DNA from: Rhizobacter sp.
Lineage (GTDB): Bacteria > Pseudomonadota > Gammaproteobacteria > Burkholderiales > Burkholderiaceae_C
Assembly (NCBI GenBank): GCA_014380155.1
Contig: JACMKJ010000488.1
Span: 1 to 35,984 of the forward strand
Direction of reading: 5' to 3'
DNA length: 35,984 nt
Below the pieces are notes generated by a model, which made no database searches, had not been told where the DNA came from, and was given only the letters and a program-made list of their open reading frames with translations. Of the stretch, positions 1-8,953 are shown piece after piece; positions within the stretch are counted from its first letter, which is position 1; the number at the start of each line of letters is the position of its first letter. A program made the position numbers and the translations under genes.

Positions 1-478
1 CAGCGTGCAGCGCCTTGTTGGGCTGCACCACTTCGCGCAAGGTGCCGTCGACGCGAAAGCGCACCGAGCTCGAACGCTCGTAGGGCTCAATGTGGATGTC
101 GCTCGCGCCGTCTTTCGCCGCCTGCGTGAGCAAGGCGTTGAGCATGCGGATGATGGGCGCGTCGTTCGCTGCTTCCAGCAGGTCTTCGACCGCCGGCAGG
201 TCTTGCATCATGCGGCTCAGGTCGACCTTGCTTTCGACTTCGCCGATCACCGTGGCCGCGCTCGACTCGCCACCCGCATAGGCCACCGCGATGCGGTTGC
301 CCAGGGTGGAGGCCGATTCGCGCTCCAGCGAGTCGATCTGGTACAGCCGCAGCACCTCGCTCAGCGCCGGCAGCGACACCGTCTCGGGCGCCCAAAGCAC
401 CAGCCGCTCGCCGTCGTCTTCGAGCAGCAGGTTGTGCGCCTTGGCGTAGGCGTAGGGCAGGGGGTGGCGGGAGGCCAT
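1..478 (-). CDS. gspE: Type II secretion ATPase GspE, N-terminal part (runs off the window start)
   Basis: Not in the ORF track. Manual translation from ATG 478: MASRHPLPYAYAKAHNLLLEDDG...DAPIIRMLNALLTQAAKDGASDIHIEPYERSSSVRFRVDGTLREV (ASDIHIEP/RFRVDG signature); starts 2 nt after the gspD stop. Confidence 0.95.
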   Translation of the reverse strand, partial: MASRHPLPYAYAKAHNLLLEDDGERLVLWAPETVSLPALSEVLRLYQIDSLERESASTLGNRIAVAYAGGESSAATVIGEVESKVDLSRMMQDLPAVEDLLEAANDAPIIRMLNALLTQAAKDGASDIHIEPYERSSSVRFRVDGTLREVVQPNKALHA

Positions 479-480
479 GG

Positions 481-2634
481 TCAGTTCCGCGTAGGAGCGC
501 TTCCTGCCGGAACCGGTGGTGGCACGCTCAGCGGCTTGTCACCTTGGGTCACGGAATTGAGCGGAGGCAACGTCGGCGACTCGTTGATCGGTGTGACGAA
601 GCTGCGTTCGGGTTGCGCATCCTTTTGCATTGATCGCATCAGGTCATAGCGATCCATCGACAGCTTGTTGGCCGCCTCGCCGCTGCGCATCACCGTGGGC
701 CTCAAGAAAACCATCAGATTGGTACGCTTCTTCTCGCGTGTTTGGCTGCGAAAAAGAGCGCCCAGAAGAGGGATATCACCCAGCAATGGCACCTTGTTTT
801 TCGTTTCCGTATAGGTGTCTTCGATCAGGCCGCCGAGCACGAGGATCTGCCCATCGTCAACGACGACGGTGGCTTCAATGGAGCGCTTGTCAGTAGTAGG
901 GCCGGCATTTGCGGTGCCGGGGGCAACGATTTTGCTCAGACTAGATGATTCCTGGAAGATGGTCATGCGCACAGCGCCGTTCTCGCCGATCTGCGGCTTG
1001 ATTCGAAGCGTAATGCCGACGTCCTTGCGCTCCACGGTCTGAAAAGGGCTGCTAATGCCACCGCTGGAAGTGGTGGTGCTGCCGGTGATGAAGGGCACGT
1101 TGCTGCCGACGATGATCTTCGCCTCTTCATTGTCCAGGGTGATCATGTTTGGCGTCGATACGATGTTCGTGTTGCCTTGTTTCTCCAGGAAATTTGCGAT
1201 GGCAGCCAGGCCGTAGGCGCCTGCAAACTGGCGGATCACACCGATGTTTAAGCCCGGGTTGAGGCCCGCGCTGATCCCTGTTGCGTCAATCTTCACCAGA
1301 TTGCCGGTGTCGCCGAAGTTGGTACCCCCAACGACCCCGGTCTTGTCGCCGCTCTTGCCAATCAGTCCTTGCCATTGGAAGCCAAAGTCGGCCGCGTTGC
1401 TGCCCGACACCTCGACGATCATGCTTTCAATGTAGACCTGCGCGCGGCGCGAGTCGAGCTGCTCGATGACAGCGCGCAGCTGGCGGTACACCGGCTCCGG
1501 CGCGGTGATGATCAGCGAGTTGGTGGACGGGTCGGCCTGGATCATGCCGCCGGTCGAGGGCGATGCCGAGGCGCTCACCGGCGCGGCGGCTGCCGCGCTG
1601 ATACCGCCGGGCGATGCGCCACCTGGGGCGGCGTTTGCCTGTTGCGACAGCCCGCCGCCGCTGCTCGCAGCACCACCACCGCCAGACGACGAGCCACCCG
1701 CCCCGTAGGCAGCACGCAGCACCGTGGCCAACTTGGCCGCGTCGGCGTTCTTCAGGTACACCACATAGATGTTGCCCATGGGGTTGTCGCCCTGGGTTGG
1801 CCGATCGAGCTTCTCGACGATGGCCTTGATGCTGGCCATGCGTGCCGGTGTCGACGCCCGCACGATCAAGGCGTTGCTGCGCGAATCGACCAGGATCGAC
1901 GAGGTGGCGCCGATGGCGGGAGCGCCCGGCACGGAGGAGCCGCCATCGCTCAAGCGCTGCACCATGGTGGCGAGATCCGTGGCCACCGCGTACTTGAGCG
2001 GAATGATCTCCACGTCGCCGCCGCTGGGCGTGTCCATCGCCGCGATGATCTTGCCGATGCGCGCCAGGTTGTCGGCATAGTCGGTGATGACCAGCGTGTT
2101 GTTGCCGGGGTTGGCGTTGATGGTGTTGTTGGGGCTGATCAAGGGGCGCAGCACCGGCACCAGGTTGTTGGCGTTTTCGTGGCTGAGCTTGAAGATCTGC
2201 GTCAACACCTGGTCGCCCTGTCGCGTCACCGCACCCACCGACACCGTGCTCGACTGCAGCTTGGCGTCGGCCTCGGGCACCACCTTGTACAGGCCACCCG
2301 ACTCCACCACCGTGAAGCCCAGGCCGCGCAGTGCAGCCAGGAAGTTGAGGTAGGCCTCGCGCGGTGAGAGCGGCTCTTCGCTGAACAGGGTGATGGTGCC
2401 CTTGACGCGCGGGTCGACCACGAACTGCTGCTTCAAGATCGCCCCCATCGCGCGCGACACACCTTCGATCTCGGCGTTGACAAAGTTCAGCGTCACCGGC
2501 TCGCCTTTGAAGCGCGTGTCCTTTTGCTGCGCGTAGGCCATGGGCGCCGGCAGCAGCGAGGTGCACAACATCACGGCGGCAAGCGCTGCGGCGAGAGGGC
2601 GCCGTGGCGGTTTGAAGGTTGAGCGCTTGTTCAT
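481..2634 (-). CDS. gspD: Type II secretion secretin GspD
   Basis: 717 aa; signal peptide, N0 (VTLNFVNAEI, VDPRVKGTITL), N-domains, secretin C-domain (QVYIESMIVEV, STPNMITLDNEEAKIIVG, KVPLLGDIPLLGALF). Confidence 0.97.
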   Translation of the reverse strand: MNKRSTFKPPRRPLAAALAAVMLCTSLLPAPMAYAQQKDTRFKGEPVTLNFVNAEIEGVSRAMGAILKQQFVVDPRVKGTITLFSEEPLSPREAYLNFLAALRGLGFTVVESGGLYKVVPEADAKLQSSTVSVGAVTRQGDQVLTQIFKLSHENANNLVPVLRPLISPNNTINANPGNNTLVITDYADNLARIGKIIAAMDTPSGGDVEIIPLKYAVATDLATMVQRLSDGGSSVPGAPAIGATSSILVDSRSNALIVRASTPARMASIKAIVEKLDRPTQGDNPMGNIYVVYLKNADAAKLATVLRAAYGAGGSSSGGGGAASSGGGLSQQANAAPGGASPGGISAAAAAPVSASASPSTGGMIQADPSTNSLIITAPEPVYRQLRAVIEQLDSRRAQVYIESMIVEVSGSNAADFGFQWQGLIGKSGDKTGVVGGTNFGDTGNLVKIDATGISAGLNPGLNIGVIRQFAGAYGLAAIANFLEKQGNTNIVSTPNMITLDNEEAKIIVGSNVPFITGSTTTSSGGISSPFQTVERKDVGITLRIKPQIGENGAVRMTIFQESSSLSKIVAPGTANAGPTTDKRSIEATVVVDDGQILVLGGLIEDTYTETKNKVPLLGDIPLLGALFRSQTREKKRTNLMVFLRPTVMRSGEAANKLSMDRYDLMRSMQKDAQPERSFVTPINESPTLPPLNSVTQGDKPLSVPPPVPAGSAPTRN

Positions 2635-2639
2635 GCTTC

Positions 2640-3533
2640 TTATCCGATCGAAATGACTGACACGGCGCCGTTGCGCCGTCCGATGATGTTGAGCAGGTTG
2701 TTCAGTGCGGCCTCATCGGCCTCGGTGGCCGCACGGGCTTCACCGCGGAAGCGTACGCCGTTGGCGCCGGCGGTGCCTTCTCCCTTGAGCTGCAGTGCGC
2801 CGTCGAGTGTGGTGAGGCGCAGCTGGGTCGGGGTGCCGGCGGTGCCGATCACGCTGAAACGGTAGCTGCCGAGCGGCTCGAGCGTGGAAACGCGTGACGA
2901 GGCCTGCAGCATGTCGAGATCGGCCTGGCCTTCGACCAACCAGCGCCCTTGCACCCATTCGAGCTTCAGCCCCGATGACTGCAGGCGCAGCGAGCCGCCC
3001 AGCTGCAAGGTGTTCCAGGGCGTGCCCAGGCCACCGAGAAACGCACCCGGCCACTGGCCCACCCAGTCGGGTTTGGGCGCGAGCGTGACCGACACGCGGC
3101 CCAGGCCCGGCTTGACCAGCAGGCTCACCGCACCGTTAAGGCAGCAGGCGTGACGCGAGCGCAGCTCGAAGCCCAGGCCCTTCAGGCCGAGCGACCACTC
3201 GAGGCGGCCCGGCAGGGCGCTGGCGTCTCGGCTGTCGGGGCCACCCGTCAGCACTGCCACCGCGCTGCCCGACCAGACGCTGCCGCGCGCGTCAGCCAGC
3301 TGCACACGCTGGCCGGTGGCGCTGGAGACGGCGCTGGCCAGCCAGGTGGCCGGCGCAAAGGCGATCAGGCCGATCAATAGACCGAGTGCCACGCCGCCCA
3401 TGGCCCAGCGCGAAGCGGCGCTGCGCGACTGCTCCCAGGCCAGCTCGGCGTACGACGATTCCTGCCACTGGGTGGGTACGGCGCTCGATGCAAAGCGCCG
3501 CTTGAGGCCGCGGCGTGATGGTTTGCGGGCCAT
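2640..3533 (-). CDS. gspN: Type II secretion protein GspN
   Basis: Start reassigned to ATG 3533 (TGATG overlap with gspM stop); LIAFAPATWLA TM, ARGSVWSGSA, PLGSYR, LQLKGEG motifs. Confidence 0.9.
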   Translation of the reverse strand: MARKPSRRGLKRRFASSAVPTQWQESSYAELAWEQSRSAASRWAMGGVALGLLIGLIAFAPATWLASAVSSATGQRVQLADARGSVWSGSAVAVLTGGPDSRDASALPGRLEWSLGLKGLGFELRSRHACCLNGAVSLLVKPGLGRVSVTLAPKPDWVGQWPGAFLGGLGTPWNTLQLGGSLRLQSSGLKLEWVQGRWLVEGQADLDMLQASSRVSTLEPLGSYRFSVIGTAGTPTQLRLTTLDGALQLKGEGTAGANGVRFRGEARAATEADEAALNNLLNIIGRRNGAVSVISIG

Positions 3534-4048
3534 CACTGGGCGCCTCCGATGGTCACGATGATGGTGCCGGCGTAACCCTGCGGGCCACGTGTGAGCTGGG
3601 CTTCGGTGGGGCGGGCGCGGGCGCCACTGCGGGCTTCGGTGAGCCAGCTTCGAAGGGCTGCGCCGGTAACGCCGCTCAGCGTGAGCGTGGCGCGATCGCC
3701 TTGCACGGTGATGCGGCCCTTGTCGCCCAGGCGATCGGTGGCCGATTTGAGGGCTGCGGCGGCCTGCATGGCGGGCACCGGTGCCGCGCCGCGCAGCTCG
3801 CGCGCTTCGACGGCGAGGCGTTGCATCGATTGCAGCTGCAGGTCGAGCGCGTCGATCTGGGCCGGGGTTTCGCGCAGCGTGCGCAGGGCCGGCGCGACGG
3901 CGATCATCCACAGAACGGCGATGCCGATCACCGTGGCGGCCAGGGTGACGCCCAGGCGCTCACGCGCCGGCAAAGCACCCCAGCGTGTCAGCGCCTCGGT
4001 GCGCAGCGCTGTCAACGGGGCGGGCAGTTTCACGCTTTGATTCTTCAC
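3533..4048 (-). CDS. gspM: Type II secretion protein GspM
   Basis: 171 aa; W..L..RER motif, single TM, coiled coil, located between gspL and gspN. Confidence 0.9.
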   Translation of the reverse strand: MKNQSVKLPAPLTALRTEALTRWGALPARERLGVTLAATVIGIAVLWMIAVAPALRTLRETPAQIDALDLQLQSMQRLAVEARELRGAAPVPAMQAAAALKSATDRLGDKGRITVQGDRATLTLSGVTGAALRSWLTEARSGARARPTEAQLTRGPQGYAGTIIVTIGGAQ

Positions 4049-5307
4049 AGGCCACGCCCTCCGGTGCCACGGGCATTGGGCGGCAGGCGGCTGAGCGTCA
4101 TGCTGCCGTCCCGCGCCTCGACCTGCCAGCCGCTGGGGCGCAGCTGGCTGCTGAATTGTTCAATCTGCGCCGGGTCCCAGCCGGGTGCCGAGAGCGACAG
4201 CTTGCCCGGCTCGTAGCGCAGGCCGTCCACCGGCGGGCGGTCACCGGGCCAGGCGCTTGCGGCGGCTTGCAGCATGGGCTCGAGGTCGGTTTCGCCTGGC
4301 TTGCCGGCAATGGCGCGCAGGGTGTCGGTTTCGCGTTGCATCTGCAGCGGCGCGTCGAGCACCGCGCGCACCTGCGGGTGAGCGGTTTGCAGCAGCTTCA
4401 CCATCGCCTGGCGCTTGCCTTCCACCTCGTTGCGCTGGTGTGCGGCCCACAGGTTCAAGCCGATGACCTGCACCGCCACGAGGGTGATCAGGCCGTAGCG
4501 CATGGGCTTCCAGGCGGGGTTGAGGAACTGCCGCCACACATCGCGCAAGGCCCGTGTGCCGCGGTTCTTGCGCGCGAGCGTGAATTGGCGCAGGTTCCAT
4601 AGCGAGCGCGAGGCTTGCAGCGCGCGCTGCGGCCAATCCATCACCGTGACAGGCGCGCCTAGCCAGCGTTCGGCCGCAGCGGCGGTGGCCGGCGTGGCGC
4701 TCCAGCGCGCACCTTCGGGCAAGGGGGTGGACAAGAGCGAGCGTGCCAGGGTGCCTTGCAGGCTGATCTGGGCCACGCCGTCGAGGTGCGCCCAGGTCAG
4801 CGTGGCACCTTGTGACGCGTCACCCAGCTCGGCGAAGTGGCCGGTGGGCGGCTCGTCGGGCCACGACATCGGCACCACTCGGTCGATGAAGACGTTGGCT
4901 TTTTCGAGCACGGCGAGCTCGGCGGTGAGCCAGTTGCGGTCGACCACAGCCACCCAGGTGGGCTGCCCGGCGGTGGCGCCCGGCGCGACGGCGATGTGCA
5001 CCCCAGCGGCCTCTTCGAGCAGGGCTTCCTCGAGCACCCCGATCAGCGCCGCCGGCAGGCGCGACGCCGGGGCCTTGGGCAGGGTGATGCGGTGCCAGCT
5101 CAGGTCGGCATCGGCCAACACTGCCACCGCACCGGCAGCCTTGGGCAGCAAGGAGACGGCACAACGGCCTTGGGAAGCCAGGCTCAGGCCATCGGGGCTG
5201 AGGGCATAGGCGTACTCGGTGCCAAGGCCGGTTTCAGGCGCGGCCTGGCCCGGGTCACGGGCCTGCAGCCTTTGGCGGGAGGGGATTTGGACGACAAGCG
5301 TGCTCAT
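4045..5307 (-). CDS. gspL: Type II secretion protein GspL
   Basis: 420 aa; actin-like cytoplasmic domain (LEEALLEE, H.A), WNLRQF motif, TM, periplasmic domain; overlaps gspM start. Confidence 0.9.
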   Translation of the reverse strand: MSTLVVQIPSRQRLQARDPGQAAPETGLGTEYAYALSPDGLSLASQGRCAVSLLPKAAGAVAVLADADLSWHRITLPKAPASRLPAALIGVLEEALLEEAAGVHIAVAPGATAGQPTWVAVVDRNWLTAELAVLEKANVFIDRVVPMSWPDEPPTGHFAELGDASQGATLTWAHLDGVAQISLQGTLARSLLSTPLPEGARWSATPATAAAAERWLGAPVTVMDWPQRALQASRSLWNLRQFTLARKNRGTRALRDVWRQFLNPAWKPMRYGLITLVAVQVIGLNLWAAHQRNEVEGKRQAMVKLLQTAHPQVRAVLDAPLQMQRETDTLRAIAGKPGETDLEPMLQAAASAWPGDRPPVDGLRYEPGKLSLSAPGWDPAQIEQFSSQLRPSGWQVEARDGSMTLSRLPPNARGTGGRGL

Positions 5308-5418
5308 ACAGGGTGCGAGGGTAGCGGAAATGTAAGTGCACGACCGTACAAACCTACCCGAATCAACGGCTTGCAGCGTGTTCTTGTAGTGCTTGTTGCA
5401 ACGAGGCGCAGCATGGTT

Positions 5419-6375
5419 TCAGCGCCCGCGGTCATTGGAATTGATGCGCTCGCTGCTCAGAACGGTGATGACCCGTTGGCTGCGTTGCACCAGCGAGCGT
5501 TGCTCCAGCACACGGTCTGACAAACGCAGGCGCCCGCGCACCTCGAAAAAGCGCGAGTTGAAGCTCACTCCCGCGAGCTCTTCGGGCGTCATGCCCGTGA
5601 GCTGCGCCTGGATTTCTTGTTCATTCTTGAAGGGCGTGCGCTGGCGGTATTGCACCAGCCGTTCGGCATCGCCCACGTTGAGCTTGGGGATGGCAGACGC
5701 AATCACCTCTCGCGAAGCGGTATTGATGTTGACCGTCGTGCGCTCGGGCAGCAGCACGATGTGCGGCTCCAGCCTCGCCAAGGCCTGCGGATCCACACCC
5801 AGCCAGGTCAGCTGCGCGATGCGCTTGGGAGGCAGCGGCGGGTTGGTGCTGGCGCCCGGGCTGCCCGGTGGTGTGTAGGCCTCCTTGAAGCCGTTGGCCA
5901 ACACGTCGGCCACGTTGACGGAGACGTTCACGTTCTCGCACAGGCGGCGCAGGATGGCCACATCGGGCACCGAGAGTTCGTTCTTGCCTTCCACCATCAG
6001 GTTGCGCAGGTTGAAGCGCGATTGCGCGTCGGTGATGCTGCCCGACAGAAAGGCGTCGGGCGCGTCGTCGGTGTTGTCTTTGTCGGCGGCGAGAAAGGTC
6101 GACAGGCGTGCCTCGGCCAGTGGCACGGCCCAGGGCTCGCCGAGGTGGTCGACTGGCGCCGTGTTCGGGCGGGCGTCTTCTTTCAGGATCAGGCCGGCCC
6201 AATCGAGCGCGCCCGACAAGATCCAGGCCGACTGCGAGCGCGAGCGCTCGGCGGTTTCAACCTGCACGGCGCGCCACTGCTGCCAGATCATCGACACCGC
6301 CAGTGTGGCCACGAGCGTCACGATGATCATGGCCAGCAAGATGGCCGCGCCGCGTTGGTGTTGGGGCGATTTCAT
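5419..6375 (-). CDS. gspK: Minor pseudopilin GspK
   Basis: QRGAAILLAMIIV class III signal, DHLGEPWA, ITDAQSRFNLRNL, VNINTAS motifs. Confidence 0.95.
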   Translation of the reverse strand: MKSPQHQRGAAILLAMIIVTLVATLAVSMIWQQWRAVQVETAERSRSQSAWILSGALDWAGLILKEDARPNTAPVDHLGEPWAVPLAEARLSTFLAADKDNTDDAPDAFLSGSITDAQSRFNLRNLMVEGKNELSVPDVAILRRLCENVNVSVNVADVLANGFKEAYTPPGSPGASTNPPLPPKRIAQLTWLGVDPQALARLEPHIVLLPERTTVNINTASREVIASAIPKLNVGDAERLVQYRQRTPFKNEQEIQAQLTGMTPEELAGVSFNSRFFEVRGRLRLSDRVLEQRSLVQRSQRVITVLSSERINSNDRGR

Positions 6376-7031
6376 TGCGGGCCCAAGGCGATCTCGCGTG
6401 TGACGCTGCCGTTGAAGCCGCTGCCTTCACCGAAGCTGAGCACCACCCGCACGGCTTTGAGCGGGTCGTTGTCGCCTTGTGGACCGACGCGAGCGGGAGC
6501 AGACGCCGCGCCGGCCGAGGGGTCGGTGCCGGCGCTTGACTGGCAGTTGCTCCAGCCGTTGCCGCGGAAGCAGTAGGCCTGCCATTCGGTGATGCCGGTG
6601 AGGGTGCGCAACTGGCCGGTTTCGTTACCGAGGAACTGCTGGCTGCTCATCCACTGGTCTTGCAAGGCCCGCGCGGTGGTCACTGCCGGACCGGCCCAAC
6701 GCAGCCAGGTGCCACCGCGCAGTGACCACACCACGAGCTGCAGACCATCGGGCGTGCGGCGTGTGACGCGAAGCGACAAGCCGTCGAAGCTTGGCAGTGA
6801 CTGGGGCAGGGCGCCGCTGTCTTGTGCGTTTTCGAGATCTTGCTGGAACTGGGCCAGCACGGTGTTGACGCGCAGCAGCTGCTCGAGCCGGCCCTGGCTC
6901 GCCGCGCGCGTGCGCACGATGCCGTCGACCCCCTGCCAGGCCATGGCCGCGAGGATGGCCATGATCATCATCGCGACCAGCACCTCGACCAGCGTGAAGC
7001 CGCGTTGCGGGGAGTGAAGAGAAGCGCGCAT
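6372..7031 (-). CDS. gspJ: Minor pseudopilin GspJ
   Basis: RGFTLVEVLVAM N-methylation motif; position between gspI and gspK. Confidence 0.92.
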   Translation of the reverse strand: MRASLHSPQRGFTLVEVLVAMMIMAILAAMAWQGVDGIVRTRAASQGRLEQLLRVNTVLAQFQQDLENAQDSGALPQSLPSFDGLSLRVTRRTPDGLQLVVWSLRGGTWLRWAGPAVTTARALQDQWMSSQQFLGNETGQLRTLTGITEWQAYCFRGNGWSNCQSSAGTDPSAGAASAPARVGPQGDNDPLKAVRVVLSFGEGSGFNGSVTREIALGPQ

Positions 7032-7033
7032 GC

Positions 7034-7405
7034 TCAGCGGCCCAGCACCGTCGACAGGGTCAGCACGGGGCGCCCATCTTCGTTGAAGATCTGCGCGTCG
7101 GCGCGCAGGAAGTTGGGGTTGGGGGTGCGGCGCGAGATCAGCTTGCCTTGGTACGACACACCGAACTGCTCACAGCTGAACTCGATCTCGGTGGGCACCT
7201 GAAAGAACTTGGTCAGCTTGAGTTCGGTCAGCTCGTTCTCGGCGCACCACTGGGCCGAGGTGACCTCGAGGATGCGCTGCGCGTTGTCAGACAGCGCCCC
7301 TGCGGCCTTCATGCCCGCACCCAGCGTGACCGCGACGATGGCCAGCGCCACCATCACCTCGATCAGCGTGAAGCCCTTGAAGCGGCGTGTTCGACGGTGG
7401 GTCAT
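7034..7405 (-). CDS. gspI: Minor pseudopilin GspI
   Basis: KGFTLIEVMVALAIV, AQWCAENEL, TPNPNF motifs. Confidence 0.93.
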   Translation of the reverse strand: MTHRRTRRFKGFTLIEVMVALAIVAVTLGAGMKAAGALSDNAQRILEVTSAQWCAENELTELKLTKFFQVPTEIEFSCEQFGVSYQGKLISRRTPNPNFLRADAQIFNEDGRPVLTLSTVLGR

Positions 7406-7890
7406 GGTGGGGTGGGATTCTCGGTGTCGACCACGACGAACGGACCCAGGCCGTCGGTACCGACCGCGAGGCGCTGGTCTTCAAGGCGCAGCACGATGCG
7501 CTGCGGTGCGATCAGCGGCTCGGGGCCGAGCACCACGGCGCGTGCCCCGACGATCTCGGCCGACACACCAGTGCCGAGCCATTGGCTCGGGAAGTCGCTG
7601 GTGTTGGTGACGCCGACAAACTCAAAACCGGGATCGCTCGCGTCGACCGAGCGCGGCTCCCAGCGCACCACCATGCCGGAGGCGCGCGATTCGGCGCGTG
7701 CCGATTCGAGCAAGGCGACCAGGCGGGCGGCTTCGTTCTCGAGCTGGGTGCCAGCGGGGTCACGAAGCGCCAGGCTCATCAGGCCGGAGGCGATGGCAAT
7801 CAGGCTCACCACCACCAGAAGTTCGATCAGGGTGAAGCCACTGAGCGAGCGGCGGCTGCGGCGCTTATTGCCAGGAGCCGATTTCAGCGT
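7402..7890 (-). CDS. gspH: Minor pseudopilin GspH (start uncertain: ACG 7890, CTG 7887 or ATG 7938)
   Basis: SGFTLIELLVVV, LENEAARLVALLESARAESRA, LGPEPLI motifs; 5' end overlaps the gspG 3' end. Confidence 0.88.
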   Translation of the reverse strand, partial: TLKSAPGNKRRSRRSLSGFTLIELLVVVSLIAIASGLMSLALRDPAGTQLENEAARLVALLESARAESRASGMVVRWEPRSVDASDPGFEFVGVTNTSDFPSQWLGTGVSAEIVGARAVVLGPEPLIAPQRIVLRLEDQRLAVGTDGLGPFVVVDTENPTPP

Positions 7891-8305
7891 CTTTGCCTTC
7901 GCCGCCCACCTGGCCGTCGGCACCAAAGCTGTACACATCGATCTCGCCTTTCACGCCGGGGTTGGCGTACTGGTACGGCCGGCCCCAGGGATCGTTCTGG
8001 AGCTTGGGCACATAGGGCTTCCAGTTGGGGGGGATGATGCCCGTGGTGGGTTTGGTCACCAGTGCCTGCAGGCCTTGCTCGCCGGAGGGATAGCGTTGGT
8101 TGTCGAGCCGGTACAGCTTGAGCGCTTGCATGATGTTGTTGACGTCGGTGCGCGCGGCGGTCACGCGGGCATCGTCAGCGCGGTCGAGCACGTTGGGGGC
8201 GATCAGCGCGGCCAACACCCCGATGATCACCAGCACCACCATCAGTTCGATGAGGGTGAAGCCACGGCTGCGGCGAGTGGCGTGAATCTTGGTGAAAGGG
8301 TTCAT
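7865..8305 (-). CDS. gspG: Major pseudopilin GspG
   Basis: RGFTLIELMVVLVIIGVL, ALKLYRLDNQRYP, DPWGRPYQY, DVYSFGADG; start set at ATG 8305. Confidence 0.97.
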   Translation of the reverse strand: MNPFTKIHATRRSRGFTLIELMVVLVIIGVLAALIAPNVLDRADDARVTAARTDVNNIMQALKLYRLDNQRYPSGEQGLQALVTKPTTGIIPPNWKPYVPKLQNDPWGRPYQYANPGVKGEIDVYSFGADGQVGGEGKDAEIGSWQ

Positions 8306-8339
8306 GACGTGCACGGGTGGCTGAACGTTGAGGCGTTGA

Positions 8340-8347
8340 ATCATAAT
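8340..8347. promoter_or_regulatory. Overlapping back-to-back -10 hexamers for gspC (+, CATAAT 8342-8347) and gspG (-, TATGAT 8345-8340)
   Basis: Sequence ATCATAAT in the 48-bp divergent gap. Confidence 0.5.
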
Positions 8348-8353
8348 CGTCCG

Positions 8354-8941
8354 ATGATTGCTCGATTGTCAGCTTTCGTGATTTGGGCCTTTGTGGCCAT
8401 CGCCACCGTTTTCTGGGGCATGCGCTTGTTCGTGCGCGCCGACCCGATTCCCTCCAATGCAGTGGTGGCGAGCGACGCCGTGCAAATGCGCGGTGACCTG
8501 TCGGGCTTGCTCGGCGCGGAGCCGGTCGCCACCGTCGCGGCGGCGCCGCAGACGAGCAGTCGTTTCCGATTGCTCGGCGTGATGGCCGCCAAGGCCGGTC
8601 CCGATGGCTCGACCCCGGGTGTGGCCCTGATCTCGATCGACGGCAAACCGGCACGGGCCTTCACGGCGGGTGCTCGCGTCGAAGACCAGCTGGTGCTGCA
8701 AAACGTCAGCCTGCGCAGTGCATCGATCGGCGCGGCTCAAGGCGGTTCGTCGTTCGTGCTGGAGATCCCGGCGTTGCCTGCGCCTGCCACCGGGGCCTTG
8801 CCCAGGGTGGCCATTGAGCCGGCTTCACCGCCGCCTGTGCAGGCGCCGGCGATGGTTCAGCGCCCGGTTGGTGCCACCAACTCGCCGCCCGGATCGAGGC
8901 CTCCGGGCCCCGCCAAGATCAACCCCAACACCTCACGCTGA
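8354..8941 (+). CDS. gspC: Type II secretion GspC-like protein (TM + HR domain, Pro-rich tail)
   Basis: C-terminal part of ORF 7148..8941 from ATG 8354: N-terminal TM, FRLLGVMA and VALISIDGKPARAF HR-domain motifs; divergent from gspG. Confidence 0.82.
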   Translation: MIARLSAFVIWAFVAIATVFWGMRLFVRADPIPSNAVVASDAVQMRGDLSGLLGAEPVATVAAAPQTSSRFRLLGVMAAKAGPDGSTPGVALISIDGKPARAFTAGARVEDQLVLQNVSLRSASIGAAQGGSSFVLEIPALPAPATGALPRVAIEPASPPPVQAPAMVQRPVGATNSPPGSRPPGPAKINPNTSR

Positions 8942-8953
8942 GCGAGGCCTCGG

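Noticed and set aside
1570-1705. Gly/Ser/Ala low-complexity stretch in gspD (also GGGGGG in pilQ near 27340)
   Set aside because: Normal disordered insertion in the secretin N3 domain; not a repeat element
7148-8353. N-terminal 402 aa of the 597-aa ORF 7148..8941
   Set aside because: Antisense to gspI/H/G; only the part from ATG 8354 looks like a real protein (GspC)
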